A stretch of DNA of 38,334 bases from a virus (lineage: Duplodnaviria > Caudoviricetes). This document shows, piece after piece, positions 25,777-34,917 of this stretch. A model generated the notes under the pieces. The model was not told the origin of the DNA and did no database searches. It saw only the letters and a list, made by a program, of their open reading frames with translations. Each line of letters starts with the position of its first letter. Positions within the stretch are counted from its first letter, which is position 1. The stretch covers positions 1-38,334 of IMG/VR virus record IMGVR_UViG_3300012942_000085; one strand, written 5' to 3'. Made by a program: the position numbers and the translations under genes.

Positions 25777-25968
25777 CTACAAAAACTCGTACTGACCGGT
25801 CAGCTCAGCTTCTTCGTACATGTTGTATACTGCGTTGGCGCGCGCCTCTTCTATCAGTTCCAGCATGGGCCGCTCGTCGCCGCGGAGCCACAAGCCTTCC
25901 GTGAGTTTCAAGGCAGGAATCGCCGCCATCGCGGCGAAGCAAATAATGCAAGTCGCTCCTACAAGCAT
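25777..25968 (-). CDS. Small protein with an N-terminal hydrophobic helix
   Basis: GGAGG RBS. Confidence 0.5.
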   Translation of the reverse strand: MLVGATCIICFAAMAAIPALKLTEGLWLRGDERPMLELIEEARANAVYNMYEEAELTGQYEFL

Positions 25969-25981
25969 GGTATTCCTCCGT

Positions 25982-26200
25982 TCAGTGCACCGCCACCACG
26001 CGCATGTCCCTCACCTCTACGTGCGCCGTCCAGCCCCGCTCCCGTCCTCGCCACATCGGCGCGTGCCACGGGCCAGTGACCGTCTCTCGGCCGTTGATCG
26101 CCGGCGTGCCCAACTCCGGTGAATACACCACGATCGGCAGGCCCTGCTTCACCGCCCTGCAAAAATCCCTCTTGGAGCGAAAATCCATCGATGCGTACAT
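25982..26200 (-). CDS. Hypothetical protein
   Basis: AAAGGA RBS; MYAS..F..K…GPW…W.A.V. Confidence 0.65.
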   Translation of the reverse strand: MYASMDFRSKRDFCRAVKQGLPIVVYSPELGTPAINGRETVTGPWHAPMWRGRERGWTAHVEVRDMRVVAVH

Positions 26201-26279
26201 GCCGCAGTCCTTTCTGACCAACGAGCAGTTGATGCCGCGCCATGGTTGGCGGCCGTCGATTCGCTGGCGGCCGGTGGTG

Positions 26280-26732
26280 CTATGCGGCGAGCTCCTCGGA
26301 GAAATACTCCGGCGGATCGTGCTCGAGCAGCCACTTGGCCAGCTCGGGAATGTAGAGGTCCTCCCACGCCACGAACTCCGTGAGCCCGCGGATGATGAAG
26401 TCGGCCACGTTGCGGTGGGTCTGGTCGAACGTGCGGCACGTCCATTGCGGGTCCCGCCACGCCTCGTCGGTCCTACGCAGCAGCGCCTGGAAGTCGTCCA
26501 CCACCTCGGCCTCGCAATAGACCCGGGCCGCGGACGCCAGCACCACGGCGTCGAGCAGCGACGCCGCCGGCAGCCTCTCAACCTCCAGCATCCGCCCCGC
26601 CATGAGCGCCGTCACCACCTGGCTGCGCAACAGCGGCGCGCGCTGGTCGCGGAAGAAGAACTCCCAGTACGGCGCCGCGTCGACGGCCGGTTTTGGCGCC
26701 GTGGATTCTTTGGTTCTAGAATTTTTTCGCAT
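26280..26732 (-). CDS. Hypothetical protein
   Basis: GCGGTATAAT -10 at ~26752-26761; GAGGG RBS. Confidence 0.65.
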   Translation of the reverse strand: MRKNSRTKESTAPKPAVDAAPYWEFFFRDQRAPLLRSQVVTALMAGRMLEVERLPAASLLDAVVLASAARVYCEAEVVDDFQALLRRTDEAWRDPQWTCRTFDQTHRNVADFIIRGLTEFVAWEDLYIPELAKWLLEHDPPEYFSEELAA

Positions 26733-26794
26733 GGTTCCCTCCTCTCGCTTTATTATACCGCAGGGCGCCGCACTGGTCTGAATCCGGCTGCCGC

Positions 26795-26947
26795 TCATTG
26801 CAGCGGGTCTCCCTTGTCGTCGTCCAACTTCGCTAGAAAAACGTCGATCATCACCTGAACATCCCTGATGGCCTGCACCGCGTGATCCAGGCCGACGCGC
26901 ACGACTTGCATGCCGAGCCGCAAACCCTTCACCTGTTCGTTCGTCAT
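26795..26947 (-). CDS. 50-aa hypothetical protein
   Basis: ATGA-coupled. Confidence 0.5.
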   Translation of the reverse strand: MTNEQVKGLRLGMQVVRVGLDHAVQAIRDVQVMIDVFLAKLDDDKGDPLQ

Positions 26948-27252
26948 ACGCGCCCCTCCCCCCCGCACTCCTCGCACCTCCGTACCCTGCCCTTGAACAT
27001 GCGCGTGCCGCGCACCCCGCTGCCTTCGCACCCGCCGCAAAGGCCGGAAAGCGCCGCCTGTCTCTTCGCCCACTCGTCGCGCTTCTCCGCCGTCTTGACG
27101 GCGGTGTACGCCATGGTGTAGACGTGCCAGCCGTCGCCGACGGCCCCGCCGACCTTGTCGGGATGGATCTTTTTCGCCACGTCGTGGTACGCCTTGCGTA
27201 TGACCTCGTCCGCGTCCGTCGGCTTCACGAGGAGGACCGCGTAGGGTGTCAT
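26944..27252 (-). CDS. Mini DnaJ: J-domain plus two CxxCxGxG repeats
   Basis: PY.VL…IRKAY…HPDK; CGGCEGSG, CEECGGEG. Confidence 0.85.
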   Translation of the reverse strand: MTPYAVLLVKPTDADEVIRKAYHDVAKKIHPDKVGGAVGDGWHVYTMAYTAVKTAEKRDEWAKRQAALSGLCGGCEGSGVRGTRMFKGRVRRCEECGGEGRV

Positions 27253-27371
27253 TTGAGCTCGCCTCCGCAGTCCTGGCAGAACGCCCTGAACCATTCACTA
27301 AGCCACATGCGCCTGTCCCAGAGCATGCCGCACTTCACGCACCGCCTCGTCTCTCCGCAGCAATTCTTCAT
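27249..27371 (-). CDS. 40-aa zinc-ribbon peptide
   Basis: CVKCG…CQDCG; ATGA-coupled. Confidence 0.5.
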   Translation of the reverse strand: MKNCCGETRRCVKCGMLWDRRMWLSEWFRAFCQDCGGELK

Positions 27372-27585
27372 CCCACCCTCCTAAACATGCCCCGCACGAA
27401 CGCCCTGTGCTCCCGCCTTGCGGGCGTGTCGTACCGATCCTCCGGCCTGTCGCCTTCCGCGCCATCCAGGGCCTCGTCCATCCGCCTGCGCCACGCGGCC
27501 ACCGCGTCGGCCGACCGCACCGTCTCGTTGTCGAACCTGCGCGCCTCCAGCAGCAGGCCGATGAGCGCCTCTTTCCTCGCGCCCC

Positions 27586-27972
27586 TCACCGAGCCTCCAA
27601 GTGCATTTTCGTCATCGCGCAAAGCGCCGCCATGCGGTCGACGGCGGCGGCGCGGTCACATCCAGTGCGCTCCATAATGATACCGAGCAATGTCATCACC
27701 AGTACTGGAACATCCGCCGCCGTGTCCACGGCCTTCCTTATGGCCTCATGCGCCTCCATGCCGCATTCTTGCTTGATGACGCGCTCGTAAACATTCATGT
27801 GGTGCTGCGCGGTGGTGTGCCCGCCCTCGCAGCCCACCGGATTCGCCGCCGTCTTCTTGAACTTGCAGTCTTCCATTATAAATTCCTCCAAACCAATGCA
27901 CGTTTCGATTGCTACATCTGGCGAGAACTTCTTTTGCGCGGCCATCGACGCGCCCTCGTAGTCGTATTCCAC
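27586..27972 (-). CDS. Hypothetical protein
   Basis: ORF with AAGGAGG RBS. Confidence 0.6.
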   Translation of the reverse strand: MEYDYEGASMAAQKKFSPDVAIETCIGLEEFIMEDCKFKKTAANPVGCEGGHTTAQHHMNVYERVIKQECGMEAHEAIRKAVDTAADVPVLVMTLLGIIMERTGCDRAAAVDRMAALCAMTKMHLEAR

Positions 27973-28210
27973 TCAGGAGACCTCCTTGGCTCATCTCAAG
28001 GAAGGCGCGTCGATGGACACGCAACCTGCAGCCCATCGTTGGAGCTAGAAAAGCCTACTTGCAGTTTCCAAGTACTGCGTAGTCTCTGGATGTGTTTCAA
28101 TGTGCTCGATGAACGCTTCCAAGTCACGTAGCTCACTACGCATCTTGTCGCGTCGTTCTACAGCGCGCTGCTTGATGGACTTCCTTGGTTTCGACTCTGT
28201 TTCGCACGAA

Positions 28211-28414
28211 TCATCGCACATTTCTTGAATCCCTCCCCCACGACTTCCATACGGCCGGCATGCGGGTGATGCCCCATCCGCGCTGGTAGGCGCCGCCGAG
28301 CGCCTCCAACGCCCTCACGACCTTGGCCGGCAGCTTGGCGTTCCACCTGCTGACCATGTGCTCGCGCGTTCCGAACTCCTTCTCTAATACATCCTCCGCC
28401 TCTTTCTTGTTCAT
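28211..28414 (-). CDS. Hypothetical protein
   Basis: AAGGAGG RBS. Confidence 0.65.
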   Translation of the reverse strand: MNKKEAEDVLEKEFGTREHMVSRWNAKLPAKVVRALEALGGAYQRGWGITRMPAVWKSWGRDSRNVR

Positions 28415-28462
28415 CTTGTCCTCCTTGATTCGGCCGGTTGGCCGTGGGCCGTCCCGGCGCGG

Positions 28463-28759
28463 TCAAACGCCGACGGCCGCGTCGCCCGCCGCCGCCTCGC
28501 ACGCGGGTTCTGGGTTCATCTTCAGCACGCAGCCAGTGTCCAGCCAGCGGTGGAACGCCGTGCCGACGCACTTGTGGGAGCAGTGGTCCGTGCGGAGCAA
28601 TATCCTGCGCTCCGACTTGGCCTGGCGCGTGTGGACGTCGGCCGCCTCCGCCGTCAGGAACTGCGGGGCCTTCGGGTCGCCAATGACGGCCCACCAATTG
28701 TTGACCGCGCCGTGCAGCGCTCCGCACTCGTCGCATTGCCGCACCGTTATCTCGCTCAT
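28463..28759 (-). CDS. Zinc-finger hypothetical protein
   Basis: CDECG…HCS..C; GAGGAGG RBS. Confidence 0.7.
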   Translation of the reverse strand: MSEITVRQCDECGALHGAVNNWWAVIGDPKAPQFLTAEAADVHTRQAKSERRILLRTDHCSHKCVGTAFHRWLDTGCVLKMNPEPACEAAAGDAAVGV

Positions 28760-28861
28760 AAAGCTACCTCCTCACCAGCCGCCATGAAATCGCCGTGGTG
28801 GTCGCGCCGAGAATAAACGACGCGACCGCCACGGCGACCAGCTCAACCTTGTCGACGCATA

Positions 28862-29269
28862 TCACAGCGCCTCGACCAGGGCGGCGATCTCCTCGCGGGA
28901 CTTGCCGCGCAGCTCTTCCTTGTCCTTGTCCGCGAGGATGGCGAGCAGTTCCTGCTTCTTCTCGCGGTTGGCGGCGCGCGTCTTCGCCTCGTCGCGCTCG
29001 GCCAGCTTGACGTCGATGACGTGCTTCACGACGTCGAACGCGAGCTCCAATTTGGCGTTGGACGCGGTGGTCTTGACGACGAAGCTGACCTCCTCTGAGT
29101 CCTTCACCTGCCGGTGAAGCTCTCGCGCCAAACTGTCAAGGTCGAAGCCGTCGTTGGAGGTAAGCGGCATGTGCCAGATATCCTCCACGCTGAGCAGGCC
29201 GCGCGTGGTTTCGAAACGGAGGCGGGCGCGCAGCGCGCGCTCGAAGATGTTGACGTTGTTTTCTGCCAT
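28862..29269 (-). CDS. Conserved phage coiled-coil protein
   Basis: FE.A.R.RLRF.T.RG.LSVED.W…LD..A…F.VVK.VI; own -10 at 29331-29336. Confidence 0.75.
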   Translation of the reverse strand: MAENNVNIFERALRARLRFETTRGLLSVEDIWHMPLTSNDGFDLDSLARELHRQVKDSEEVSFVVKTTASNAKLELAFDVVKHVIDVKLAERDEAKTRAANREKKQELLAILADKDKEELRGKSREEIAALVEAL

Positions 29270-29379
29270 GGTGGTTCTCCCTTTATTTGATGGTTCTGGA
29301 TTTACTGCCGCGATTTGTTCGCTTGTAAGTATTATACGGCCCCACTGCAATTCCAGGCCAGATTCGGTTTCAGTGCCTT

Positions 29380-29550
29380 TCACAGCGTGATCGACGATCC
29401 ACGCATTATGGTGCGCCTGCCGCAAGCGGGGCAAACATGCTCCCAGACTTCTCCTGGCGGTATGTACAACATGTTTGGCGGCTCATGATCGCGGTCCACG
29501 CATGGCGTCAGCGTCCAAGGTATGTCTGTGTCGATTCTTCTTACTGGCAT
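29380..29550 (-). CDS. Small zinc-binding protein (C…H.PP..LY…H.CPACG)
   Basis: AAAGGAG RBS. Confidence 0.65.
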   Translation of the reverse strand: MPVRRIDTDIPWTLTPCVDRDHEPPNMLYIPPGEVWEHVCPACGRRTIMRGSSITL

Positions 29551-29561
29551 GATCGCTCCTT

Positions 29562-30224
29562 TCAACGTACTGGGTATTTCTTGCCGCCGTGCACCGGGCA
29601 CTTTGCCCTCTGCTCCAGCAGCTTGGTGGTCATGCGCACGTTGCCAGGCCTTCCGGCCCAGCATGCGCACTTCTTGCCGTACGGCGCGGCGAAGACCGCC
29701 GACATCGTGTTCGACCGCTCGGCCTTCTCCGACAGGTCGATGCCGCGTGCCTCGGCCACCTTCACCATGACGTGGTAGACTGGACGGTCGAGGCATTGCT
29801 CCCGCGTCAGTTCATAAAACGGCACGTCTGGATCAACGGTTCGTTGCGCGCTGTTGCCGCACTTGGCCCTCGCTTCCGCGTTCCGCTCCAGCATGCGTAT
29901 GGCGCAATAGAGGTGGTGGTCGTCCATGTCCTTCACGAGTATGAGCGTGCCGTCGCGTTGTTTCCAGACGATGTACGGCACCTCCACAGGCTCGGATTCA
30001 GAAAGCGTCTGCCTCTCCTCGAACCGCACCGCGACGATCTTGTCGCTCCAGCCCTTGGCCACGGCCTCCTCCAGCAGCCCCAAAAACGTGCTCTTGCCGC
30101 AGCCTTGCGGGCCGGAAACGGTTACAGTCATCGTGCATTTCTTCGACTCCATCCTCTTGGCCAGCATTTCACGAGCCTCGCGATTGCTCAGCGGTTCTCC
30201 GTTGCGGTCGTCTGTGCGTTCCAT
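29562..30224 (-). CDS. Mosaic protein with an isolated N-terminal Walker A
   Basis: VSGPQGCGKST followed by unrelated small domains. Confidence 0.7.
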   Translation of the reverse strand: MERTDDRNGEPLSNREAREMLAKRMESKKCTMTVTVSGPQGCGKSTFLGLLEEAVAKGWSDKIVAVRFEERQTLSESEPVEVPYIVWKQRDGTLILVKDMDDHHLYCAIRMLERNAEARAKCGNSAQRTVDPDVPFYELTREQCLDRPVYHVMVKVAEARGIDLSEKAERSNTMSAVFAAPYGKKCACWAGRPGNVRMTTKLLEQRAKCPVHGGKKYPVR

Positions 30225-30321
30225 TTCGTTCTCCTTTCACTTGAGCAACCATCCGAGGGCCACGCACCGACAGCGCTAACTTACCGAATTTTTCGATGAC
30301 TACAGACCTTTCTTTCTTCTT

Positions 30322-30846
30322 TTATTTGGAAGGCGCATACGCGCCAAAATAGCGCACTTCAGCAGCGCGTCTAACTTCAACCGCCGTCTTAAAATCTTCT
30401 TTCCTAAACCTACCAAGATGTATGATACGCCCATTTACAGTTATTCTAGCCCACCATTTGTTGTACTTGGAGTCCCACCCTACTCCAGTGATACCGCTTG
30501 TATTATCAGAGCGCCGCCGGTGCTTATTGCAGATATTTTGACTGCGAGTGGCCATGCGAAGATTTTTCCACTTGTTGTTCCAACCGTCACCATCTTTATG
30601 ATCTACGTCTAATTTCACTGAGGGCCACTTCCCCGTCATAAAGACAAAAGCAAGCCTGTGAGCTAGGTAACGCTGTCCATTGATACCGATGACAATTCTT
30701 TTCTTGCCTTTCTTATCCAAACTTTTTGTGCCGGCTGTATCGCCTTTACGCACTCTTTTAAGTGCATTAGTGCGCCATACAAAAACACCTTTATGAGACT
30801 GGTATGTCAATATGCCGCGCAAATAGGCGATATTCGGCCGTTTCAA
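30322..30846 (-). CDS. HNH homing endonuclease with AP2-like C-terminus
   Basis: Paralogue of 15383-15946 (DHKDGDGWNNKW.NLR shared); AT-rich. Confidence 0.9.
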   Translation of the reverse strand: MKRPNIAYLRGILTYQSHKGVFVWRTNALKRVRKGDTAGTKSLDKKGKKRIVIGINGQRYLAHRLAFVFMTGKWPSVKLDVDHKDGDGWNNKWKNLRMATRSQNICNKHRRRSDNTSGITGVGWDSKYNKWWARITVNGRIIHLGRFRKEDFKTAVEVRRAAEVRYFGAYAPSK

Positions 30847-33302
30847 AACTTGACTTTCAGCACGCGCTCGAACGCGCCCTTGACGCGCACGGTGACGGAG
30901 TCGCGCTTGGTGGAGGAGAAGCCCAGGCCCGACAGCTGCCGCTCCGATGCCTCCGTCTTCATCTTGGCCCCGACCATCTCCATGGTCTTGCGGTGGGGCT
31001 CCAGCTCCGCACGCAGGAACTCGTTGTAGAAGGGCCGAGCGGTGCCGTCGTTGACGCAGCCTTCCAGCATGAAGAACCAGTGCTTGTTGCCGACTCCCGC
31101 AAAGCCGCGAAATCCTACTTCCAAGTCATCTTGAGTGATGTCCCAGTAATTGGGCGACAGCATGGCCATGCTTGCCTTGTGAAACCGCTGCGTCTCGAGG
31201 CCCCAGACCGTCTTCACGGACTGCATCGAAGGCAGCGACTCGACAATCTCGAATCCGGCGGCCCGCGTGTACTTGATCTTGGCCACCATGACGGTATCCC
31301 CAGTGCGTAGCGCCTTCTCGTATGCGAAACTATGCGTAGCGCCGTCGAACTCCACCTGTGCCTCGAAGCCCTTGCCGTCCGAGCGCCGCGAGTAGTTGTT
31401 CACGGACAGCTCGTACACGCCCTCCACCATCTTGGCCTTGTCCGCGTAGAAGATGTTCTCCGCCGGTTCGGACTTCATGCCATCGCAGCCGTTGGCGTCC
31501 AGGTCCAGCATGCCGCCGTTGGCCGACAGGCGGCGCACGTTGCCGTAATAGATGTGGTTACCTTGCGAAGAAAGTCGTCCACCAAGTGCCTTAGTCGCCC
31601 CCGGCTCCTGCATGTGGAAATCCAGGTCGTCCTCATAGTCCCACGCCAGGCGGCAGCAGAGATCGCCCGTTACCGAGCCGCCCGCCCGCTTCACGCGCTC
31701 CTTGATGGCGTCGGCGAAGTCGCCTGCGTAGCTCCACGAGAAGGCGTTGGGCCACTTGAACATGCCCTTCGCGCCCGGATCGACGGGCGCCACCAGCGAG
31801 ACGAGGCTGCCGACGTGCCGGTTCTCGAACAGAACCTCCAGCGACGTGGCCTTCGGCAGCACGTCCTTGATAAATTTCTCGACGGAGACCTCCTCCACCT
31901 TGTCGTACGAGCGCGGCTTCTCTGGCAGCGACTCGGCCAGTGCGGTCAGCGCTTGCTCGGCGCTCAGCGTCTTGCCTCCGCCGCGCGAACCAGTATGCAA
32001 CTTCGCCGAGCGGTCGGCGAACAGCACGTTGTTGACCGTGACGTCCTCCGGCACGGCGTAGCGCCGCTCCAGCGCGGACGTGTACCCCAGCTCGTTGATG
32101 GCCTTGCGCGCCTTCTCCACCATGGCCTTCGTCACCAGCGCCGTGGGCCGCTTGTAGTTGGACGGCGCCACCATCGCCTCGAACTTTTTGACGGCGTCCT
32201 CCATCTCCAGCGGTCCGCTGCCCTCGTGCGCGTGCCGGAAAGCTCGCTGCGGGCAGATGGTCGAGACGCATTCACCGGCCTCGTAGGTTCTCGACGGGGA
32301 ACCGCTCAGATCTTGCAGCAGCGTGCCGATGGCCGTGTTGCGGATGCGCGAGACGGACGGCGGAAGTGTCTGGGACGCTTGCCAGCAAAATACGTCGCGC
32401 TGCGCGGCCCACATCCTGGCTACTTCAGATACAGCCGGATCAGCGGTAGGCACGTCCAGTTTCGCGTATTCCTTCTTCAGCTTGCGGAACTCCGACACGG
32501 CGAACTTGTTCTCCTCGCCCTTGTACAGCGAGTTCTGCGCGATGAGCTCCAGCACCGTGTCGACGGCGTCGAGCGTGAGCTCCTCCAGGCCGCGCTTGAG
32601 CACGTCGAACGCGGCGCGGGCGTCCGACTGCCTCGGCCCCACCTGCTCTTTGATAACGACGGCCTCGTTCGGCAGCCGCAGGTGGAAGTGCTCCCATGTG
32701 TTGACCGCGCCCGGCTCCGGTTTGCCATCCGCGCCGAGCAACTGCTGAAACGACTTCTCCGTCCCCACCGTCTTCTCGGTATGCAGGAAGATGTTGTCGA
32801 TCGCGGCGGTCCGAACGAACTCCGCCATCGCCTCGCCCACGTCGTCGTAGAAGGTGTCCGTAGCCCTGAAATCCCAGATACTCTCCAATTTGCCGTCCAC
32901 GACGACCACGACGCCGCCCATGGTGCGCACGAAGTGGCGGCAGCAGGAGCAGTCATGGTCGGTGCGCTCCTTGTAGAGCGGGTTGGTGCCCTCGGGGAAC
33001 GACGCCAGGTACTTCTCCCACAAACGGTCGCCCGTGGCCGCCGCGCGCTGCTCGGGGGAGCCGAGAAGCTCGCCCTGCGGCCCACTCAGGTCCACGCGGT
33101 AAAGCTGGTGGCCCTTCATCAGCTCGAACTGCTTGGCCACGGCGTGCTTGACGACGCTGAACGGCGCGTCCTTCTCCACGTTCTCGAAGCTGGGCTTGCC
33201 CATGGTGGCCCTCCCGGTGCGCGCGCCTTCCGGCGTCTTGAGGTTCGACTTGCGCGAAGACAAACGTCCCGTGGCCGTTCCTACCTGCTTGAATTCTGTC
33301 AT
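30843..33302 (-). CDS. Large conserved phage protein with a YfaP/DUF2135-like domain; frame stays open upstream to 33602
   Basis: HDCSCCR.F; LAW…DLD.H..EP…LDLD.N…ENI…G.Y…VNNY; -10 at 33331-33336 and AAAGGGG RBS before ATG 33302. Confidence 0.75.
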   Translation of the reverse strand: MTEFKQVGTATGRLSSRKSNLKTPEGARTGRATMGKPSFENVEKDAPFSVVKHAVAKQFELMKGHQLYRVDLSGPQGELLGSPEQRAAATGDRLWEKYLASFPEGTNPLYKERTDHDCSCCRHFVRTMGGVVVVVDGKLESIWDFRATDTFYDDVGEAMAEFVRTAAIDNIFLHTEKTVGTEKSFQQLLGADGKPEPGAVNTWEHFHLRLPNEAVVIKEQVGPRQSDARAAFDVLKRGLEELTLDAVDTVLELIAQNSLYKGEENKFAVSEFRKLKKEYAKLDVPTADPAVSEVARMWAAQRDVFCWQASQTLPPSVSRIRNTAIGTLLQDLSGSPSRTYEAGECVSTICPQRAFRHAHEGSGPLEMEDAVKKFEAMVAPSNYKRPTALVTKAMVEKARKAINELGYTSALERRYAVPEDVTVNNVLFADRSAKLHTGSRGGGKTLSAEQALTALAESLPEKPRSYDKVEEVSVEKFIKDVLPKATSLEVLFENRHVGSLVSLVAPVDPGAKGMFKWPNAFSWSYAGDFADAIKERVKRAGGSVTGDLCCRLAWDYEDDLDFHMQEPGATKALGGRLSSQGNHIYYGNVRRLSANGGMLDLDANGCDGMKSEPAENIFYADKAKMVEGVYELSVNNYSRRSDGKGFEAQVEFDGATHSFAYEKALRTGDTVMVAKIKYTRAAGFEIVESLPSMQSVKTVWGLETQRFHKASMAMLSPNYWDITQDDLEVGFRGFAGVGNKHWFFMLEGCVNDGTARPFYNEFLRAELEPHRKTMEMVGAKMKTEASERQLSGLGFSSTKRDSVTVRVKGAFERVLKVKF

Positions 33303-33562
33303 TGTGTGGTCCCCTTTCAGGACTGGTTCAATTATACCGCCGCGGCGGCCCTTCTTCCCAAGCACGCTTCTGAATTCAGGTTTATCAGGCGCCTCGCGCC
33401 GCATTACCCATGCGAGCGCCAATTCCATGGCTTCTTCCTTCTTCTCTAGCGGAAATACGACGCTGGTCTGCGTCAGTGAGTGTGGGTGCAATACAATCTC
33501 TATGCTTGTTTCGCTCTTTCGTCGTACGAGCGCCGATGGCTCGCGGTCAGGTGCGTCTAGTT

Positions 33563-33934
33563 TCATAAAGTTCCTTTCTGTTTCGGCTGGCGCACCATCC
33601 ATGTTCGTTTCTTTGCGAATCCGTTCCTACCGTACCATTCGCGCAGCTGCGCCGTGGAAAGCGTTTGGTGCTCGTTGGCCTTGGCGAACAGGTAGACCAC
33701 GAAGCCGTGCTTGTCCGCCAGCCCGCACAGCCACCGCAACGCCCTGGAAGCGCTTCCGCGGCCGGTCCTACTCCGAAGCGTGTGGATTCCGGCCAGATAA
33801 ATCTCATCCGCCAAATCCACAAGAAGCACCGTGTCACCGACCCACCCTACCATACTGCCTGGAGCGTGCGGCGTGCCCTTCGGATACGGCGAACGACGCG
33901 ACCCTGCCATAAAATCTTCAATAAATGTCTTCAT
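33563..33934 (-). CDS. GNAT-like acetyltransferase
   Basis: RTGRGSAS motif A; L..WY.R.GF. Confidence 0.65.
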   Translation of the reverse strand: MKTFIEDFMAGSRRSPYPKGTPHAPGSMVGWVGDTVLLVDLADEIYLAGIHTLRSRTGRGSASRALRWLCGLADKHGFVVYLFAKANEHQTLSTAQLREWYGRNGFAKKRTWMVRQPKQKGTL

Positions 33935-34085
33935 CCGCCCTTTCTTCCTCACCGAACCACACCCATACCAAGAACCACAATACCCATGCCGCAAGAAGCC
34001 AAATCGGGACATGCGCCGCCAGCCACACCAACGTGGCCAGCTTCAAAGTGGCCTTGGACAAGTCGAACCAGTTCTTGCGCGTCAT
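33918..34085 (-). CDS. Small membrane protein
   Basis: Trp-rich hydrophobic stretch. Confidence 0.55.
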   Translation of the reverse strand: MTRKNWFDLSKATLKLATLVWLAAHVPIWLLAAWVLWFLVWVWFGEEERADEDIY

Positions 34086-34210
34086 TTCTTGCCTCCCGCG
34101 CAGAACAGGCACTTCTTGAGCACGACCGCGCCGTTGTGCGCCACGCTTATCTTCCCGCTTCCGCCGCACACGACGCACGCCGCGCTCAGCACCCCTCGAA
34201 CCTTTGCCAT
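34082..34210 (-). CDS. CxxCxGxG zinc-finger peptide
   Basis: CVVCGGSG…CLFC. Confidence 0.5.
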   Translation of the reverse strand: MAKVRGVLSAACVVCGGSGKISVAHNGAVVLKKCLFCAGGKK

Positions 34211-34328
34211 AACCTGTCGGCTCCCTCCATCGCCTCTTCCAATGTTTCTGCCCCGGCCAGCCCGACTCCGCTCGGCGTGGTCACCAAGAATTTGCCGCGC
34301 CAAAGTTCACGCAGCCATGGGTCGAGCC

Positions 34329-34499
34329 TCATGCCGCCATCCACAACAGCAGCACCGGCCACAGCACGGCACTTCCGGCCAGGAACAGGTAGGCCTGCCA
34401 ATCCATCCACCATTTCTCCTCCGTTCCCCTGCTGGTGTGCAGCAGGAAGCAAAGACCGATCAACAGTCCAATCAGCAGGTAGGGAGCGATTAGCGTCAT
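34329..34499 (-). CDS. Small membrane protein
   Basis: Two hydrophobic helices; YL.IG…LWP. Confidence 0.55.
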   Translation of the reverse strand: MTLIAPYLLIGLLIGLCFLLHTSRGTEEKWWMDWQAYLFLAGSAVLWPVLLLWMAA

Positions 34500-34909
34500 C
34501 GCGGCAGCTCTTGAACGCTGACGGGCGACTTGTCGTGCCCAAACGTTGTGTATCCAATGCTGACGTCGCTCCCCGCGATGCGCTTCAGCATATCTTGGTC
34601 GGCTCGTACGATTATCTCGGCGGAGAAGCCGTCGTGGTTGACGTACGCCTCGCCAACCTGCTCGCCCTTTTGGTTCAGAAACGGCACTCTTTTCACGGCT
34701 TCCTCCTTTAGGAACCATTCTTTGTCGACTGCGTCCTTCAATGCCGATTGGATAAACCGCGCCGTATCCGCCGCGTCTTCCGCCAACTGAAAGTCGCCTT
34801 CTCCCAAACTTCTTGTATGCATTGCGTGGCCGCACCACCTACCGCAAATGGTAGTCTCTTCTGGGTCGATGGCAAGGCATGTATTGTCGTGCCCCTTAAA
34901 CTCGTGCAT
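34496..34909 (-). CDS. Hypothetical protein; C-terminus resembles a DUF2213 prohead-protease fragment
   Basis: VG…DG..AEI.V..D.D.LKRI.G..VSIGY. Confidence 0.55.
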   Translation of the reverse strand: MHEFKGHDNTCLAIDPEETTICGRWCGHAMHTRSLGEGDFQLAEDAADTARFIQSALKDAVDKEWFLKEEAVKRVPFLNQKGEQVGEAYVNHDGFSAEIIVRADQDMLKRIAGSDVSIGYTTFGHDKSPVSVQELPR

Positions 34910-34917
34910 CTTCGCTC

